A stretch of DNA of 62,949 nucleotides, filler included, from Neolecta irregularis DAH-3 (taxonomy: Eukaryota), in NCBI GenBank assembly GCA_001929475.1. It is 16 parts of 16 records of this genome, joined end to end, with 100 filler letters (N's around TTAATTAATTAA, not from the genome) between each part and the next. Parts side by side here need not be neighbours in the genome. Positions count along the whole stretch, not along the records: positions 13,039 to 14,933 come from LXFE01001701.1; positions 15,034 to 24,833 come from LXFE01001702.1; positions 24,934 to 26,220 come from LXFE01001704.1; 13 more parts are not named here. One strand, 5' to 3'. Position 1 is the stretch's first letter, and each line of letters opens with the position of its first letter. The notes beneath the pieces are model-generated. The model was not told the DNA's origin. It did not search any database and was given only the letters and a program-made list of their open reading frames with translations. The position numbers and the translations under genes are program-made. Below, in pieces: positions 13,039 through 26,320 of the stretch.

Positions 13039-14580
13039 GGTGCAGGGCGCTCTCGCGCGCGTGGCGGTGCAGCGTGTCGGCGCTGCGGAACTGGCGCTGG
13101 CACAGCAGACACGCGCCGCGCTCGCGGTCGGCGTACTCGTCGCCGGGACTGCCCGCGCTCCCGGTCTTGCCCGACACCAGCTCCTGCTGCTTGTGCGTCC
13201 ATTTCTGCAGGTGCGGCGCCATCTGTGTGAGCGGCGGTGCAGCGGGTGAATACCTTTCGCGCCGCAAGAGACGGCCGGGGCGGGCCTTTGCCGGGGTTGG
13301 CATTCGTCTCGCCCGGGATCGGGTTCGGGATCAGGGTCGGGTTCAGGGTTGGGTTCAGGGTCGGGTCCTCGCTCGGGTTCGGGACCGGGTTCGGGACCGG
13401 GTCCTCGATCGCGTTCTCCTCGGGGGCGGCCATTTCGTTGACGACCAGCTCGCTGGCATACGCCTTGTCGTCCCAGTACGCAAGCTGGAGCCCGCCCGCA
13501 CCGACAAAGACCCGCTCGTCGCCCGCGTACACGGGCACAAACACGCCGCCGTGGCAAAACGTGAGATGCACCGCCTTGCTCTTGATCGTAAACCGGTTGC
13601 TCTCGCCGTACTTGTCCATCGCCTGTTTCGCATCCTAGTCTCAGCCCGCTCCCCCACAAAACACACATTCACGTCCCCGTACTCCACAAACCCAAACCCC
13701 AGACTCTGCCCCGTCCCGCGGTCGCGGATCAGCAACACGCGCTTGATCTCAACCCCGAGCTTCTTCATCGCATTCGCCACCAGCTGCTCAGTCACAAGCA
13801 CATCCATGTTGCGCAAAAGAATAAACTGCGACGGCTCCGACGAAATGTCCCGCAGCCCGTCGTTCACCATATCAGTCCGCTGCGTAAGCCCCGCATCGGC
13901 TTTCGTCGTCCCGCACTTGAAACACGCCGGTCGTCGCGGGTAATTCACTACAGCGCACTCGCGTCAGCCTCGCCTCGTTTTCACGCACATTGGAACACGT
14001 CCACCCATCGTCAACCTCCTTCATATCCCGCGAATACGCAAACCGCACCCTCTGCATCCCCATATACACAAACGGAAAATACTTTTCCGTAAACTCCTGC
14101 GCATACCCAACGCTCTTGAACTTTGCAAACGCAAAACACCGCGACAGTCCTGCGTGAGCCCTCGTAATATAGAAACATACTTGTATCCTTGTCCCGTATC
14201 AATATCACATTTTCGACCTTTGCTCCTTTTTCTTCAAGCGCCCGGTGTAACTAGCACCATACTCAGCCCATGTACAAAAACTCTGAGAAATAAACGTCGA
14301 GTTCAGTAGCGCTGGGATCCAGGCCCTGCAATCAACACCCGGTGTTTTACTGCAATACCTGAAATATCAACTGGTCGTTGGGCTGACCAGCGTTATCAAG
14401 CCCCCCTCCTCGCTCCCGTTCCTGCTCAACCTCATTTTTCTCCCGATGCTCGTCCCGATAATATCGCTCTCGTGACCGGTATTCCCGCTCGTCGTACCGC
14501 TCCCGGCTGCTGTTGTAGTTTCGATGCTCCATGTACCGCGGCTGGTCCAGGTTTACTTCTACCCGCCCCTTATCAACCAT
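13039..14580 (-). CDS. RBM5/RBM10-like RNA-binding splicing regulator (RRM, RanBP2 zinc finger, RRM, C2H2), 3' truncated
   Basis: DGWTCSN|CAVVNYPRRPACFKC; IRDRGTGQSLGFGFVEY; CLLCQRQFRSADTLHRHARESALH; about 5 introns. Confidence 0.85.
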
Positions 14581-14689
14581 CCTTTTGAGAATATCTAATA
14601 TATTCAACAAAAATTGTTTTTCAGAGATGTACAGAATTCATTCTATTCAATAAGTACATTGTGATAAATATATATCAATGTTTTTATAT

Positions 14690-14933
14690 AGACGTCAAAT
14701 ATATATTCACTGTTTATTATCAGATGGTAAATATATATTCACTGTTTATTATCAGAGATGTCAAATATATATTCACTGTTTATATCAGAAATGCAAATGT
14801 ATATTCACTGTTTATATCAGAGATGCAAATGTATATTCACTGTTTATTATCAGAGATGTCTATATTCTTTATTATCAGAGATGTCTATATTCACTGTTTA
14901 TTATCAGAGATGTCTATATTCACTGTTTATTAT
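14690..14933. repeat. AT-rich minisatellite, ~29-32 bp unit TATATTCACTGTTTATTATCAGAGATGTC
   Basis: About 8 head-to-tail copies running into the gap; no unique spacers. Confidence 0.9.
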
Positions 14934-16139
14934 NNNNNNNNNNNNNNNNNNNNNNNNNNNNNNNNNNNNNNNNNNNNTTAATTAATTAANNNNNNNNNNN
15001 NNNNNNNNNNNNNNNNNNNNNNNNNNNNNNNNNTAGGCGGTTCATACCTAGCCAAGTCGCCAATACTTAGGCTAGAAACAATACAACCTAGTCTTATTCG
15101 TATCCGGGCTTCAATACTTACACCATGTCTCTTCCCTAACCGCCTTGCCTGCCTCTCCTGCCTCGCACTCCCATCTCGCCCGCCTCACACTCCAATCTCG
15201 AGATACTAGGCATTCTGGAAATGTAATGGTACAAGTGGATGATAGGAGCAGGATATCCAGGCACGATTGGAAAAATTGGAAGAAATATATCAAAAACGGC
15301 TTGAGGATATCTTCGAAACACCACAATATTCGGACATCTTGACAAGTCGAAAGACTGAGAAGCCATGAGATGTTATTAGACTGACAGTCTGCAATTCAAC
15401 CATGACATATGTTGTTCTGTCTGGTGCTTAACAGACAGACCAAGTTGACAGCGTAAGGTGATATCAAACGCAACACAAATTGATGCCCGGTGGATACCCT
15501 CAGGCTACCGTGTTCTCAGTTTGACTGAGTATTTGGCAAAGACTGTTTGTCTTAAACCAGTATTCCAGCAGCCACAAAACCACTTGAGAAATGAGATACT
15601 CTCAGTGACATTTCATTGAGTTCGAAGTATTATTCTGTGGTTAAGATTGTAAATCGGTATTTAGTTCTTTTTGGCATCCGACAACGTGACGTCTGATATT
15701 GGATGAGTAAAGAAATGTGATCCTTGTACTAGCTAGTGAATTTGAGTTTGAGTATACTAGAGTAGACCGAGAGCTTAAAACGTGAAGCAGAGCTACAAAG
15801 GTCCATGTAAAGACTTTTAGTAGTATGCGTATAGTACTATCTTGTTCCGAGGCATAAGAGAGGAAATTTGCCGAAGCGGAGGACTGAGGAAAAAGCTATA
15901 ATCTTTTCCAATTCTATGAAGACTTCAGTTATTTTAACGAATGATATGTCTAAATATTGATACACCAAATTGAGATATATAGTTACTCGACTTGCCTATT
16001 ACGATACAGGATCTATCACAGGTCCCCTGAGGACTCGCCGCAAAAAGAAAAACGCAGATGATGCTCCCAAATACCAAGCCCGACAAAATTTACAACCTAT
16101 GAAGTCATTATATCATCTTCTTCGTCGTCTAGATCTGTC

Positions 16140-19043
16140 CTATGACCTGTACTGACCGTCATTTGAGGTGTCTAAGTATATTAGCGAAGTTTCCAAGCGG
16201 GAACATGCGTCTTCTATTTCTTCTGAAGTTATACTGAATCCGCCATGCCTTTCAAAATCATCATCGTAAAATTCTTCTTGAACCGAAGCTTCGAACTCCC
16301 TATTCTGAGCAAATTCATGACCTTCAGCCATCCTAAAGAATTAACACCAAATACGAAGACAAACTACCAATCCTCGTCATCATCTTCATCTGAACTACCG
16401 AATTTATCAGGAAGATCTCCTGTAATTTGCTGTGAGAAATATCGAGCAAACTAAAGGATGAAATGCTTTCCTTGTGTGTTTATTTCACCTGGTCACCATC
16501 CTCAAAAACACGCCCCTCCGGACCTTCTATTCCCAATTTTGACATCGCTCCAGTAAGATCATAATCTGCATTTACTTGACTGGGAGGAGGAGGAGGTTGA
16601 GGCCGAAACCCACCAAGAATCGCATTGTCTCTAGCTCTAGTTGCAACAAGTGTATGCTCGACATAATCGATCCATTCAGGTGCAGTGATCTTTTCGATGA
16701 CAAGCGGCGAAAGAGGTTCGCGTGCATATCTTTCGGTGAGTTTCACGACTTCTTCTGCAATTAGAGTTAGATGACCCATGTATCCTAATCGTACTCCGCC
16801 GGGCTGAGACCTATTTGTCAGCGGGTTTTTGACTCTAACTTACGACGATTCGTCGCTATTCTTGCTACCCTGAATGATTCGTTCGGTAATTCTTCCAGAT
16901 ACAAACACATCAATTGCGAGGTCTTGGTTGTATCCACGATCCATTGAACCGTTAAAAACCTGCTGAACGATATCGTAGACGACGTTATGCAAAAAGTTGT
17001 TCCAAGGAAATTGGAAGAAGAGATCCTGAATATCAGTAACTTCTCGTAATACTGCCCTACCAAAACCTTCGGTACAACACCAAACTTCACAAACTGCATT
17101 TTCAAGAAGTCACCTACTACGGGATCGGAAATCGCAAAGTCTTCTTCTTTGCAATTGTCCCCCTCCGAATCATGGTGTTCCTGAGTAGGTGTCTTATCAC
17201 CATCCCCACCCTTCTTCATCAGATCCCTTTGCCGATCCCTCATCAAAACAACGGCTTCACCTCGAGGATCATTCAGTAGCAGCATATTACTACAATGTAG
17301 AAGCTCAGCATATAACTCGCATATACGAAATCTTTCAAATCCCAGAGGTTGGATTTTTCCAAAGGTAGTTGAAATGCGAACTTCTGCAGCCTTCGGATTG
17401 TTCAGAAGTTTTTGAAATGACAAGAGACGCGAAGAAAATATACGCAGCATGGTGCCGAGGTAAATGGGATCACGGAGTGTAGGGGCTTTGTGGGTTTGTA
17501 ATAATGACATGACTGGCTCGGGATCGTAATCACTGCACATTTAGATTATCTCGATTGGGGAATGTTTACGAGTTGTTTTTGCGAATCAGTTCGATTATAA
17601 TTGAAACGCCGTTCGTAAGAGTTGCTGTTGAATATGGTGCGACTGAATGTAGCATATACTCAACTAAAGTCGTTATTGATTTTTCACCGACAAGTTCTCT
17701 CGATAGTGAGTTTGGTCCAATGCCTGATTGGTCATTTGCGTTTGCGCTGATTGCAATAATCGCTTTTAAAACGTCTGCGACTGTCGTCTGGATTTCTGGG
17801 TCGACCTGAGGATCCATTTGGGATATTAGTGCAGGAATAAGGCCTTCATCCTGGAGCCACTAAGGGTTGTTAGACAGGCAAACAAGCAGCTATACATCAA
17901 CAACTCCTCGGCCTGCATCAAACTTTTCCATGCTGATGATCTTGAGAAGAAGATCCATGACTGCCGAGGTATCAATGTGCGATAGTAACTTCGAGACGAT
18001 ATCCGGAAGGGACTGAATGAAGGAAACCATCTGGGAAAATCAACAATAATCTCATCTCAGAGATAATACCTCGTCAGTCTTCTTTTCCAGAAATTGCTCG
18101 TTTACTTTTGTGAAATAACTTGCCTGTAATGGATTTAGGGGGGGCTGACGGTCTAAAAACATCCAAAAATGTTGTAAGAGTTCGCGATTCTGAACAACGG
18201 ATTCGCATATACTCCATATTTCACAACACAACACTTCGCAAGCTGTGTATGAATATCTAGATTCTTGTTAGCCAACTGAAAAATTGGGATGAAAATGAGA
18301 ATAGCAAAATGATTCTAAGAAGGCTTCATAAGAAATTCGTGCGCCTAGTCTTGACCTTCTCAAACCGAGACAGATTTATGGAGACCCCCAGGCAGGAAAC
18401 TGGGCAGGGAGTTACTGGTTCAAGGATGATATCATCATTAGTGAATCGCAGCTCCAAGATTCTTTCAAATTTCTCATGGCAGAAGCCCGCAACTGAGTTC
18501 AAGGTATATCCTTTGTCCATAGTCGCCATCCATTTATTCATAGTCGCCATCCATTTATTCAAGTGCAGGACTCTCCTAAAATCCACAGTTGTATCCGAAG
18601 CCCAAAATAATTGGGCACACCTGATTCAATCGCTCGAAGAAAATTCAAATCTCGCATGATATTCTCCATGGTTGTTTCTTTGATAAATCGACCCAGTCTC
18701 AGTCCCACGGATGAACTCAATCAGGATAATGGCGATCGTGTCGAAAATTTACAGAACTGATGCCTAGTTCCGGAAAAAGGAAGCTACGAAAAGACTTACT
18801 TCATCTTTCCCTCGCCCTCCTCTACAATAAAGTCTAACAGTCGTCCCAAAACATTTGGATCTCTTAGATACTCGATCAATTTTGTATTATGTGCTTTACA
18901 TTCCTGTAACAAATCGTCTTCGTCGAGGATTTCTTCGAGAGTAACGTCCGGCTTGTCTAGCAAAGCGTCGATTGCGCTAACACTATGAAAACCGAAGCGC
19001 CAAAACTTGGAATATTAAACATGTAGTAGTAAAAAAGCACCAT
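16140..19043 (-). CDS. SAP190: SIT4/PP6 phosphatase-associated protein (SAPS family; Sap190/Ekc1), about 9 introns
   Basis: ATG-only first coding exon then FWRFGF...LEEILDEDDLLQECK; PLGFERFRICELYAELLHCSNM; FPWNNFLHN; LGYMGHLTLIAEEVVK. Confidence 0.93.
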
Positions 19044-19308
19044 CTAGAGAACGACCGTAATGAAAGAAATCTGCAGACGGAAAGCGTGGAGGGGGTGTAA
19101 TGTAGGTGCTGCCGCGTTACTCAGCGGAACGTGCAGATCTGATTGCAAATAAACTAGGCAGAAGATGCATAACGGCACATTCAAAGTTTGCGGGGTTGTA
19201 ATGGTCTAAATTCCGATTATATATGAGGTAAAAGCATATATCATTGCTAGCCTTAGATCAGAGTATTTCGTTTGCGTGTTGCCACGCGTATGACTATCCG
19301 CCGCTGGA

Positions 19309-20032
19309 ATGAATCGCCTACTAGGATACAATAGAACAAAAGCACCAAAACCTTCTCTGACAGATGCGATAGCCTCGGTGCGTAGAGATACAAGTAGACG
19401 GCCCTAATCTTCCAGACCGATTCGAGGATTGAGTCTATTGACCTGAAGATACGAAAACTCGATTCAGAACTGCAGTCCTACCGTGATAAACTACAAAAGC
19501 TGCGCGATGGACCAGGCAAGAATGCTATCAAACAAAAAGCTTTAAAAGTACTGCGTCAAAAGAAGCAGTATGAAGCTCAGCGCGATCAACTACAATCCCA
19601 GACGTTCAATATGGAACAAGCTGCTATGCAGACGGAGAATCTCAAGAACGTAATGACTACGTTTGACGCCATGAAGACTGCGAACAAAGAACTAAAGAAG
19701 ACTTACGGAAAAGTGAATATAGATAAAATAGACGCAAGTCCCTCGACATTTCTATTCTCACAATCTAGAAACTACACGATGAAATGGCTGATTTGATGGA
19801 CTCAGCGAATGACCTTCAGGAATCGTTATCGCGAGGATACGATGTACCAGACGATATATCTGAGAGCGAACTTGACGCTGAGCTGGACGCTCTAGGAGAA
19901 GAATGGGTAAATGAACAAGCTGAGGGTGCGGGAAGTGTTCCCTCGTATCTTCAAGATGCCGGAGACCTGCCTGATTTTATTGATGAACCGGTTGAGAACA
20001 AAGAGAAGAAGGAGAAGGTGACCGCTGGATAG
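19309..20032 (+). CDS. VPS60: ESCRT-III accessory Vps60/CHMP5, 2 introns (second is GC-AG)
   Basis: MNRLLG..KAPKPSLTDAI; KQKALKVLRQKKQYEAQRDQL; ELDAELDAL. Confidence 0.93.
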
Positions 20033-20422
20033 GTAATAAACGCTCATTCTACATACCCGTTTCTACGCTATCCTCTTGAATCTTCAATTTGGTCAACCAG
20101 TGAAGCGCCAACTACATGCTATTTCTGCCAGCGGTTTATAGAGAGAATGCTCGGCAAGTCCTGTTTCATTCAAAGTGATTGTCTTGCTTCAAGGCAAATC
20201 GTAGGACCAATATTCTTTCCTTCAAGATGAAAAGGAACACAAAAGCTCGCAAATCTCCCGGGGTAGCCTACAAAGAAGCACGACTCTTGAATTTCCATGT
20301 GCTCTCGTCTATTTTCACTTGACAGATCTCAGGTACCAGTCTCTAAAAATATCCGAATAAGCTTTTATTATCCGACTACGCGCTAGTTCAGCGGGAATGA
20401 TCTCGTGCCATAAACAATTTCC

Positions 20423-21130
20423 TTAAAGCGCCTGCACAGTGGTCGGTCTTTTGGCAATTATGAAATAACTACAGTTCATTGTAGCCATGAACTCCCACTT
20501 TCCTATAAGCGGGTTATATCCAATCCCTTGTACTGATGTTTCCCACCCAATGGCTTCTTGGAGTTCACTGGGTTTGATAAACTGGCTCCATGTGTGCGTC
20601 CCTTTGGGAACTATACCCAAAATTTTCTCTCCCAGCAGGATCGTCAATAACCAGCTCAAGTAGGTTCGATCTATCGTTGAAAAAAAGAGGTAGCCGCCAG
20701 GTGCAACTCGATCTTTGCAGTGTTGTAAGAATAATTTCGGCGACGAAACATGTTCGAGGACTTCACTAGCCAGAACGATATCCCAGGTTCCCTGAAGGCT
20801 TCCCACTTCTTCATTTCGATAATCTACCTGTATCCGATTTCTCTCTGCGTGTTCTCTGGCCACTTTCAGAGCGGCAATTGTGGGATCAACGCCAGTAACG
20901 TTGCACCCAAGTCTGGCTAGGCTTTCGCTGAATATTCCGCCCCCACAACCTACATCTAGAGCCCTCTTTCCAGAAAGGTCGGTGATATGAGAACGAAGGT
21001 ACTGTACACGAAGGGGGTTTAGCAGATGGAGAAGTCGAGATGAGCCGTTAGGCGACCACCAACTGCTGCTCAAAGCGGTGAAATGCGAGATCTCTGTAGG
21101 ATTTACAGTGCTCCGAATAGCTGGATGCAT
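20423..21130 (-). CDS. COQ3: Ubiquinone biosynthesis O-methyltransferase (possible upstream exon near 21185-21244)
   Basis: STVNPTEISHF..WW..GSSRLLHLLNPLR, LDVGCGGG, SEVLEHV, IVPKGTHTW. Confidence 0.93.
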   Translation of the reverse strand: MHPAIRSTVNPTEISHFTALSSSWWSPNGSSRLLHLLNPLRVQYLRSHITDLSGKRALDVGCGGGIFSESLARLGCNVTGVDPTIAALKVAREHAERNRIQVDYRNEEVGSLQGTWDIVLASEVLEHVSSPKLFLQHCKDRVAPGGYLFFSTIDRTYLSWLLTILLGEKILGIVPKGTHTWSQFIKPSELQEAIGWETSVQGIGYNPLIGKWEFMATMNCSYFIIAKRPTTVQAL

Positions 21131-21380
21131 TTATCGCGGCTGCTGTGTTCAGCGAATTGATTCCGAGTTTCTTGAATTCCAACGTCGATGTTGTTCGTCT
21201 GTCCTCGAAAGAACATGCCATAATTCTCTCCTCCTGGTTAACATGATCCTTCATATTTACTTGTGGAAATCATACGAGGAGAAATATTCGAATATATGTT
21301 TATAATACAAGTTTCCATCGAGTTTCGTCCCGCCGCTCAGACATCGCGAGCCTTCTGTCTTGGCCATCAGTTATCACTAA

Positions 21381-23048
21381 ATGCTAAGGAGCCCTTCGGT
21401 CCGTAGATCATTTGCAACTGCTGTTTCTCTTCCATCGAAAAGATCTTCGGGATGGGGCAATCTGAAAGATCAGGATCGGGTTTTTCAGAATCTCTACAGC
21501 CAGCACGGCGCTGACCTTAAATCTGCCCAAAAGCTAGGAGATTGGTATAAAACAAAGGAGATTCTGCTTAAAGGCCACGAATGGATCATTAGCGAAGTAA
21601 AACTTAGTGGACTGAGAGGTCGCGGAGGTGCTGGATTCCCAAGCGGGCTGAAATGGAGCTTTATGAACAAAGACGGTAAAAATTCGTCATTTAACGACAT
21701 GCTGATAATTAGGTTGGGAGAAGGACCCGCGACCGAGATATCTAGTTATTAACGCGGATGAGGGAGAACCGGGAACTTGTAAAGACAGAGAAATTATGCG
21801 AAAAGATCCTCACAAGCTTATTGAAGGATGTTTAAGTATATGTGCCTTACACACCTTTATTTATTGTATAGTTGCTGGCAGAGCGATGAACGCAAAAGTC
21901 TGCTACATTTACATTCGAGGCGAATTTTACAACGAAGCCTCACAAGTTCAAACGGCTATCAATGAAGCTTATAAAGCTGGATTGATTGGTAAGAATTCAT
22001 GTGGGTCCGGATACGACTTTGAAATTTACCTCCATCGGGGTGCTGGTGCTTATATCTGTGGCGAGGAAACCAGTCTCATCGAATCAATTGAAGGAAAGGC
22101 CGGAAAACCGAGATTAAAGCCCCCGTTCCCAGCTGATGTCGGTCTTTTCGGATGTCCTACTACAGTCACAAACGTCGAGACTGTTGCAGTTGCTCCTGCT
22201 ATCTGTCGAAGAGGTGGTGCCTGGTTCAATTCTTTCGGCCGCGAGAATAATTCCGGCACAAAATTGTTCGCAATTAGCGGACATGTTAACAAACCTTGCA
22301 CAGTTGAGGGTATGCGTTGATTTTTAATGGAGCTGTGCTAATACATGAAGAGGAAATGAGCATACCTTTGAGAGAACTCATTGACCGGCATTGTGGAGGT
22401 GTCCGGGGAGGGTGGGACAACCTTCTCGGAATCATACCAGGAGGTTCATCTGTTCCTGTACTACCGCAAAAAACCTGCGGCGAAGTTCTGTATGGCTTCT
22501 AAAAACCGAAACACATCGATTGATATTTAGCATGGATTTTGACTCCTTAAAAGATGTTCAATCTGGTTTAGGCACCGCTGCGGTCATTGTAATGGACAAA
22601 TCCACAGATATTATTCGAGCCATTTCTCGGTTTGCTCAATTCTACAAGCATGAAAGCTGTGGTCAGTGCACGCCATGTAGAGTATAAGCTTTTTCATGAG
22701 TAACAACTATTCACAAATTCAGGAAGGCACAAGTTGGATGAACAAAATGATGGCTCGTTTTGAGAATGGTACCGCTAAAGCTCGGGAGATTGACCAACTG
22801 TACGAGCTGACAAAAGAAATTGAAGGACATACGATTTGTGCTTGTAAATAGCATCCTATTTGCTCGGCTAACGAATAGTGGGCGATGCTGCTGCCTGGCC
22901 AATCCAAGGCCTCATTCGGCATTTCCGGCCTGAAATGGAGAAGCGAATTGAAGGCTACAAAGGAAGACATGGTGGAAATGAACCCTATGCAGGCGGTCAT
23001 GAGCCAGAGAAAGATATGAGGAGCAATCTGATTAGTCCGGGGATGTGA
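21381..23048 (+). CDS. NDUFV1: NADH:ubiquinone oxidoreductase 51-kDa FMN subunit, 6 introns
   Basis: [57 protein letters not shown]. Confidence 0.97.
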
Positions 23049-23434
23049 ATTATTTGTTTTATTGGTGTTGGCATACCATGGAATTTCTGTTGACTCAATG
23101 TTAGTTTTTTGCACACTTGTTTAAAATTATACACAAAATTATATTACCGATAATCTAAAGGACTATTTTCTTTAACAAATAGCTTCTTTTTCAAATATCC
23201 CTTGGCGTTCTCCGCCACTCCTTTGCTTTTGATGATTATGATTTTTGTCAATAATGGGTCTTAGTATCTTGAGGTTTATATTTACCAGAGCAAGCAATAG
23301 AAATGTTTTAAATGCCATGTTTTGACACCGTTTGTGAAATCAGGACACCAAGATGTAAATTGTGAGACGCCCATGAGAAGAGTGCTAATTCTATTTTAAT
23401 CATTCCCACGCCGGAAGTTCCAACATTTGTTTAC

Positions 23435-24440
23435 TCATTTCCATTTACGATTGTCTCTGTTGATGAGCAAAGACAACGGTCTAACCATGTACCTGATCTT
23501 GTCGCTTTGCCATTCTAGCACTATTGGAAGAAATTTCCACACATTGAAGTTTGGCCAATACGTTTGGGTAAACCTAATAGTCGTATCTTTGGAGACCTAC
23601 TTACTAATCGAGGAGATTCAATTAAATACATACCTGCCAAAGTAAAAAGTCGCTAAGCCTTTCCACGCCGCTGGTTCGAATAAGAAGATCCACCGGGGGC
23701 GAATTCTGTGTAAAGAGATGTTCTTCTACTGTCTGCTCATCAATCGTTTCAGGATCAAGATGGCCATTTTCGTATGAACGCACAATTGATTGCAATGCAG
23801 AAGTAATTTCTGCGCGGGAAGTGTACGGAAAGCAGACGTTCAAGATGGCTCTGGAAATAAGATCAAAATCCACCGGAGCAAGCAAACTTTGTGTTCCGTT
23901 TAGTGATCTCTTCTGCACGATTACAGAATTCCAAGACATCTGGAGAAATCATTCCCCTTTGTCCAAGTATGCGAATTCGGCAACCATATTGATCCATCAT
24001 GTCTCTAGTATGTCAGTAATATGTCTCATTGTAATTGAAAGATACCCATGTTGACATAACTGCATCAAGCTTGTCTTTGCGATGTCCATCAACGCATCGA
24101 CTTCGTATTTCGATCGTTTGAAATTTTCGATACTGAAGGCATAGAGAGTGACACTAGAAACTCCCATTTGATAACATACAGCCAGAATCTAACTTGGTTA
24201 GCAAAATATTTCGGCTTTCATCAATTGTAATACTTTCTTCAAAGACTCAAATCCCATGGAATGGCCTTCTGCAGTGTCCATTCGCAGACTCCTGGCATAC
24301 CTCCGATTACCATCCATGATAAACGCTATATGTCGGGGAACTGGACCTCGGGAGATGGCATGAATTAACATGGACTGCAATCTTTCAATTCCAGAGACAA
24401 ACGGCGGAAAGTTCAAGAGCCATTCTAATGTTGCGCCCAT
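23435..24440 (-). CDS. RER2: cis-Prenyltransferase (dehydrodolichyl diphosphate synthase), about 4 introns
   Basis: [48 protein letters not shown]. Confidence 0.93.
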
Positions 24441-24933
24441 GAATAATCCAGGATCTGACAAAGTGGAGATGTGTTGGGCGGAGTCTAAAAAGCCAAACCC
24501 GCACTAAGGCTGCGTTCGCCAGCCACACCAAAAAAATATCTCCATTTTCTAAAACAGGGAATATCGTACTTGGAAATTAACATTTTGAGAACTTTATTCT
24601 TTGTAAATGCCACAAACCGCGTTCGCCGCCATACTGAAATAAAATATTACCTTTTTGGTCAATGCCACAAAGGCCTGCAGCAGACAAGGTTGCTTCTCGG
24701 TGGTACTATTGTAGTAGTGGTTGATAATAAACCTGAACTGTTCTGTTCTTGAATAAGAGATGAGCAAATCTCTTCGGGATTCATATTTTGGGCAAGGACG
24801 ATAGACGTAATTGCAGAAGTAGCCTACTGACTGNNNNNNNNNNNNNNNNNNNNNNNNNNNNNNNNNNNNNNNNNNNNTTAATTAATTAANNNNNNNNNNN
24901 NNNNNNNNNNNNNNNNNNNNNNNNNNNNNNNNN

Positions 24934-25000
24934 CTCTTCCTCTCTTCTCTTCCTCTCTTCTCTTCCTCTCTTCTCTTCCTCTCTTCTCTTCTCTTCCTCC
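24934..25000. repeat. (CTCTTC)-type microsatellite at contig start
   Basis: Direct inspection. Confidence 0.85.
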
Positions 25001-25023
25001 CTCCTCACTCACTCACAATCTCA

Positions 25024-25471
25024 GGCATATTCGGATTTGGATTAGCCTCTGCTCGAGGTTACTCCACCACCGTCGGCGGGATTTTCTTCGGATTCATTGC
25101 ATTTGGTCTCATTTTTGCTGCAACCGCCAGCTCAGCCTATATCGTCGATGGCTACCGCTCATTAAACGTCGAAGGGTTCATCTGTCTTTTAATGTTTAAA
25201 AACTTTTTCGGTTTCTTTTTGACGCAGAAAGTTGCAGATTGGATCATGTCAACCCCCGTAGATCAACTAGACACAAAGGTCCTCCTCCACCCCCGCCCTG
25301 CTTATTTCAGATGTTTAATATCATCGGCGTCATTCAAGTATTTGTCTGTTTGACCTGTATTCCCATGTACGTCTACGGGAAAAAATGCAGGTATACACCC
25401 CCTTTTCTTGCGTTGACCACAGGGATTTCACTCATAGATACGATGTTTTGAAATATCTTGGCTTGGATTAG
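25024..25471 (+). CDS. MFS transporter (Hol1/DHA-like), C-terminal part
   Basis: AYIVDGYR...FKNFFGF...IPMYVYGKKCR, typical fungal MFS C-terminus; 2 introns. Confidence 0.8.
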
Positions 25472-25539
25472 TATAGCTAGCATTGTCTTTTGAATTATGT
25501 ACTCGGTATTGAATAGTAGAGTACAATCCAAGATCTGTT

Positions 25540-26220
25540 CTATATATCATGAATTACTGGCGTCTCGTTTATCCACTCATTCGTTGCAAGTTCTCGGAAT
25601 ATAAAATGTACAATATTGCTCCTTGAAGTGGTTAATATTCCTTGAAAATGAGTCCCGTATTCGAGTCTATATGGTGTGGGCTTTTTCATCGCGTTTCCAT
25701 GCGGCACAAACAGTTTGAATACTGTAAACTGAAGGCCACTCGTTGAAATTATCTCCACGTAACGACTAGACTCCATAAAAGCCGACTTCAATAAATGTAC
25801 CGCAGCAGATGCTAGGATTTTCCTCGTCCCAAGTTCCTTTTGGTCGTCCAATTGTGCTACGGACATTGCAATAATACGTTGGACGCCCTGCTGCTTCATA
25901 ACTACTACCAGGTCCTCGTAGAATCTAGCAATAGGTTGCTCTTTTCCATGAAAGATAACACGAGGTGCAAGTATGCTGACTACCGCATCCACATTCATTA
26001 AAGCTTTGCTTACAACATCAATCGATAGTACATCGCCTTCGAATATCGTCACACGATGACGCAAATCGGGAGGAATCATGGTTGACGATTTAACCACAAC
26101 ATGGATTTCATAGCCCCTTGCTAATCCTTGCGCACACAAGGCAGACACATACCGTCCAATCGAATCGAGTATTAATAGTCGTTTTGGAGCTTTGATACTT
26201 TTGGATAATCTCGTTTTTCC
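25540..26220 (-). CDS. NAD(P)-binding Rossmann protein (flavin reductase/BLVRB-like), intronless in the visible part, 5' truncated
   Basis: FEGDVLSIDVVSKALMNVDAVVSIL, MKQQGVQRIIAMS, SRSNIVHFI. Confidence 0.7.
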   Translation of the reverse strand, partial: GKTRLSKSIKAPKRLLILDSIGRYVSALCAQGLARGYEIHVVVKSSTMIPPDLRHRVTIFEGDVLSIDVVSKALMNVDAVVSILAPRVIFHGKEQPIARFYEDLVVVMKQQGVQRIIAMSVAQLDDQKELGTRKILASAAVHLLKSAFMESSRYVEIISTSGLQFTVFKLFVPHGNAMKKPTPYRLEYGTHFQGILTTSRSNIVHFIFRELATNEWINETPVIHDI

Positions 26221-26320
26221 NNNNNNNNNNNNNNNNNNNNNNNNNNNNNNNNNNNNNNNNNNNNTTAATTAATTAANNNNNNNNNNNNNNNNNNNNNNNN
26301 NNNNNNNNNNNNNNNNNNNN

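Noticed and set aside
13040-13943. Several long overlapping ORFs
   Set aside because: Shadow frames of the GC-rich RBM5-like gene
14690-14933. CRISPR-like ~30-bp repeats
   Set aside because: Head-to-tail minisatellite without unique spacers, no cas genes, eukaryotic host
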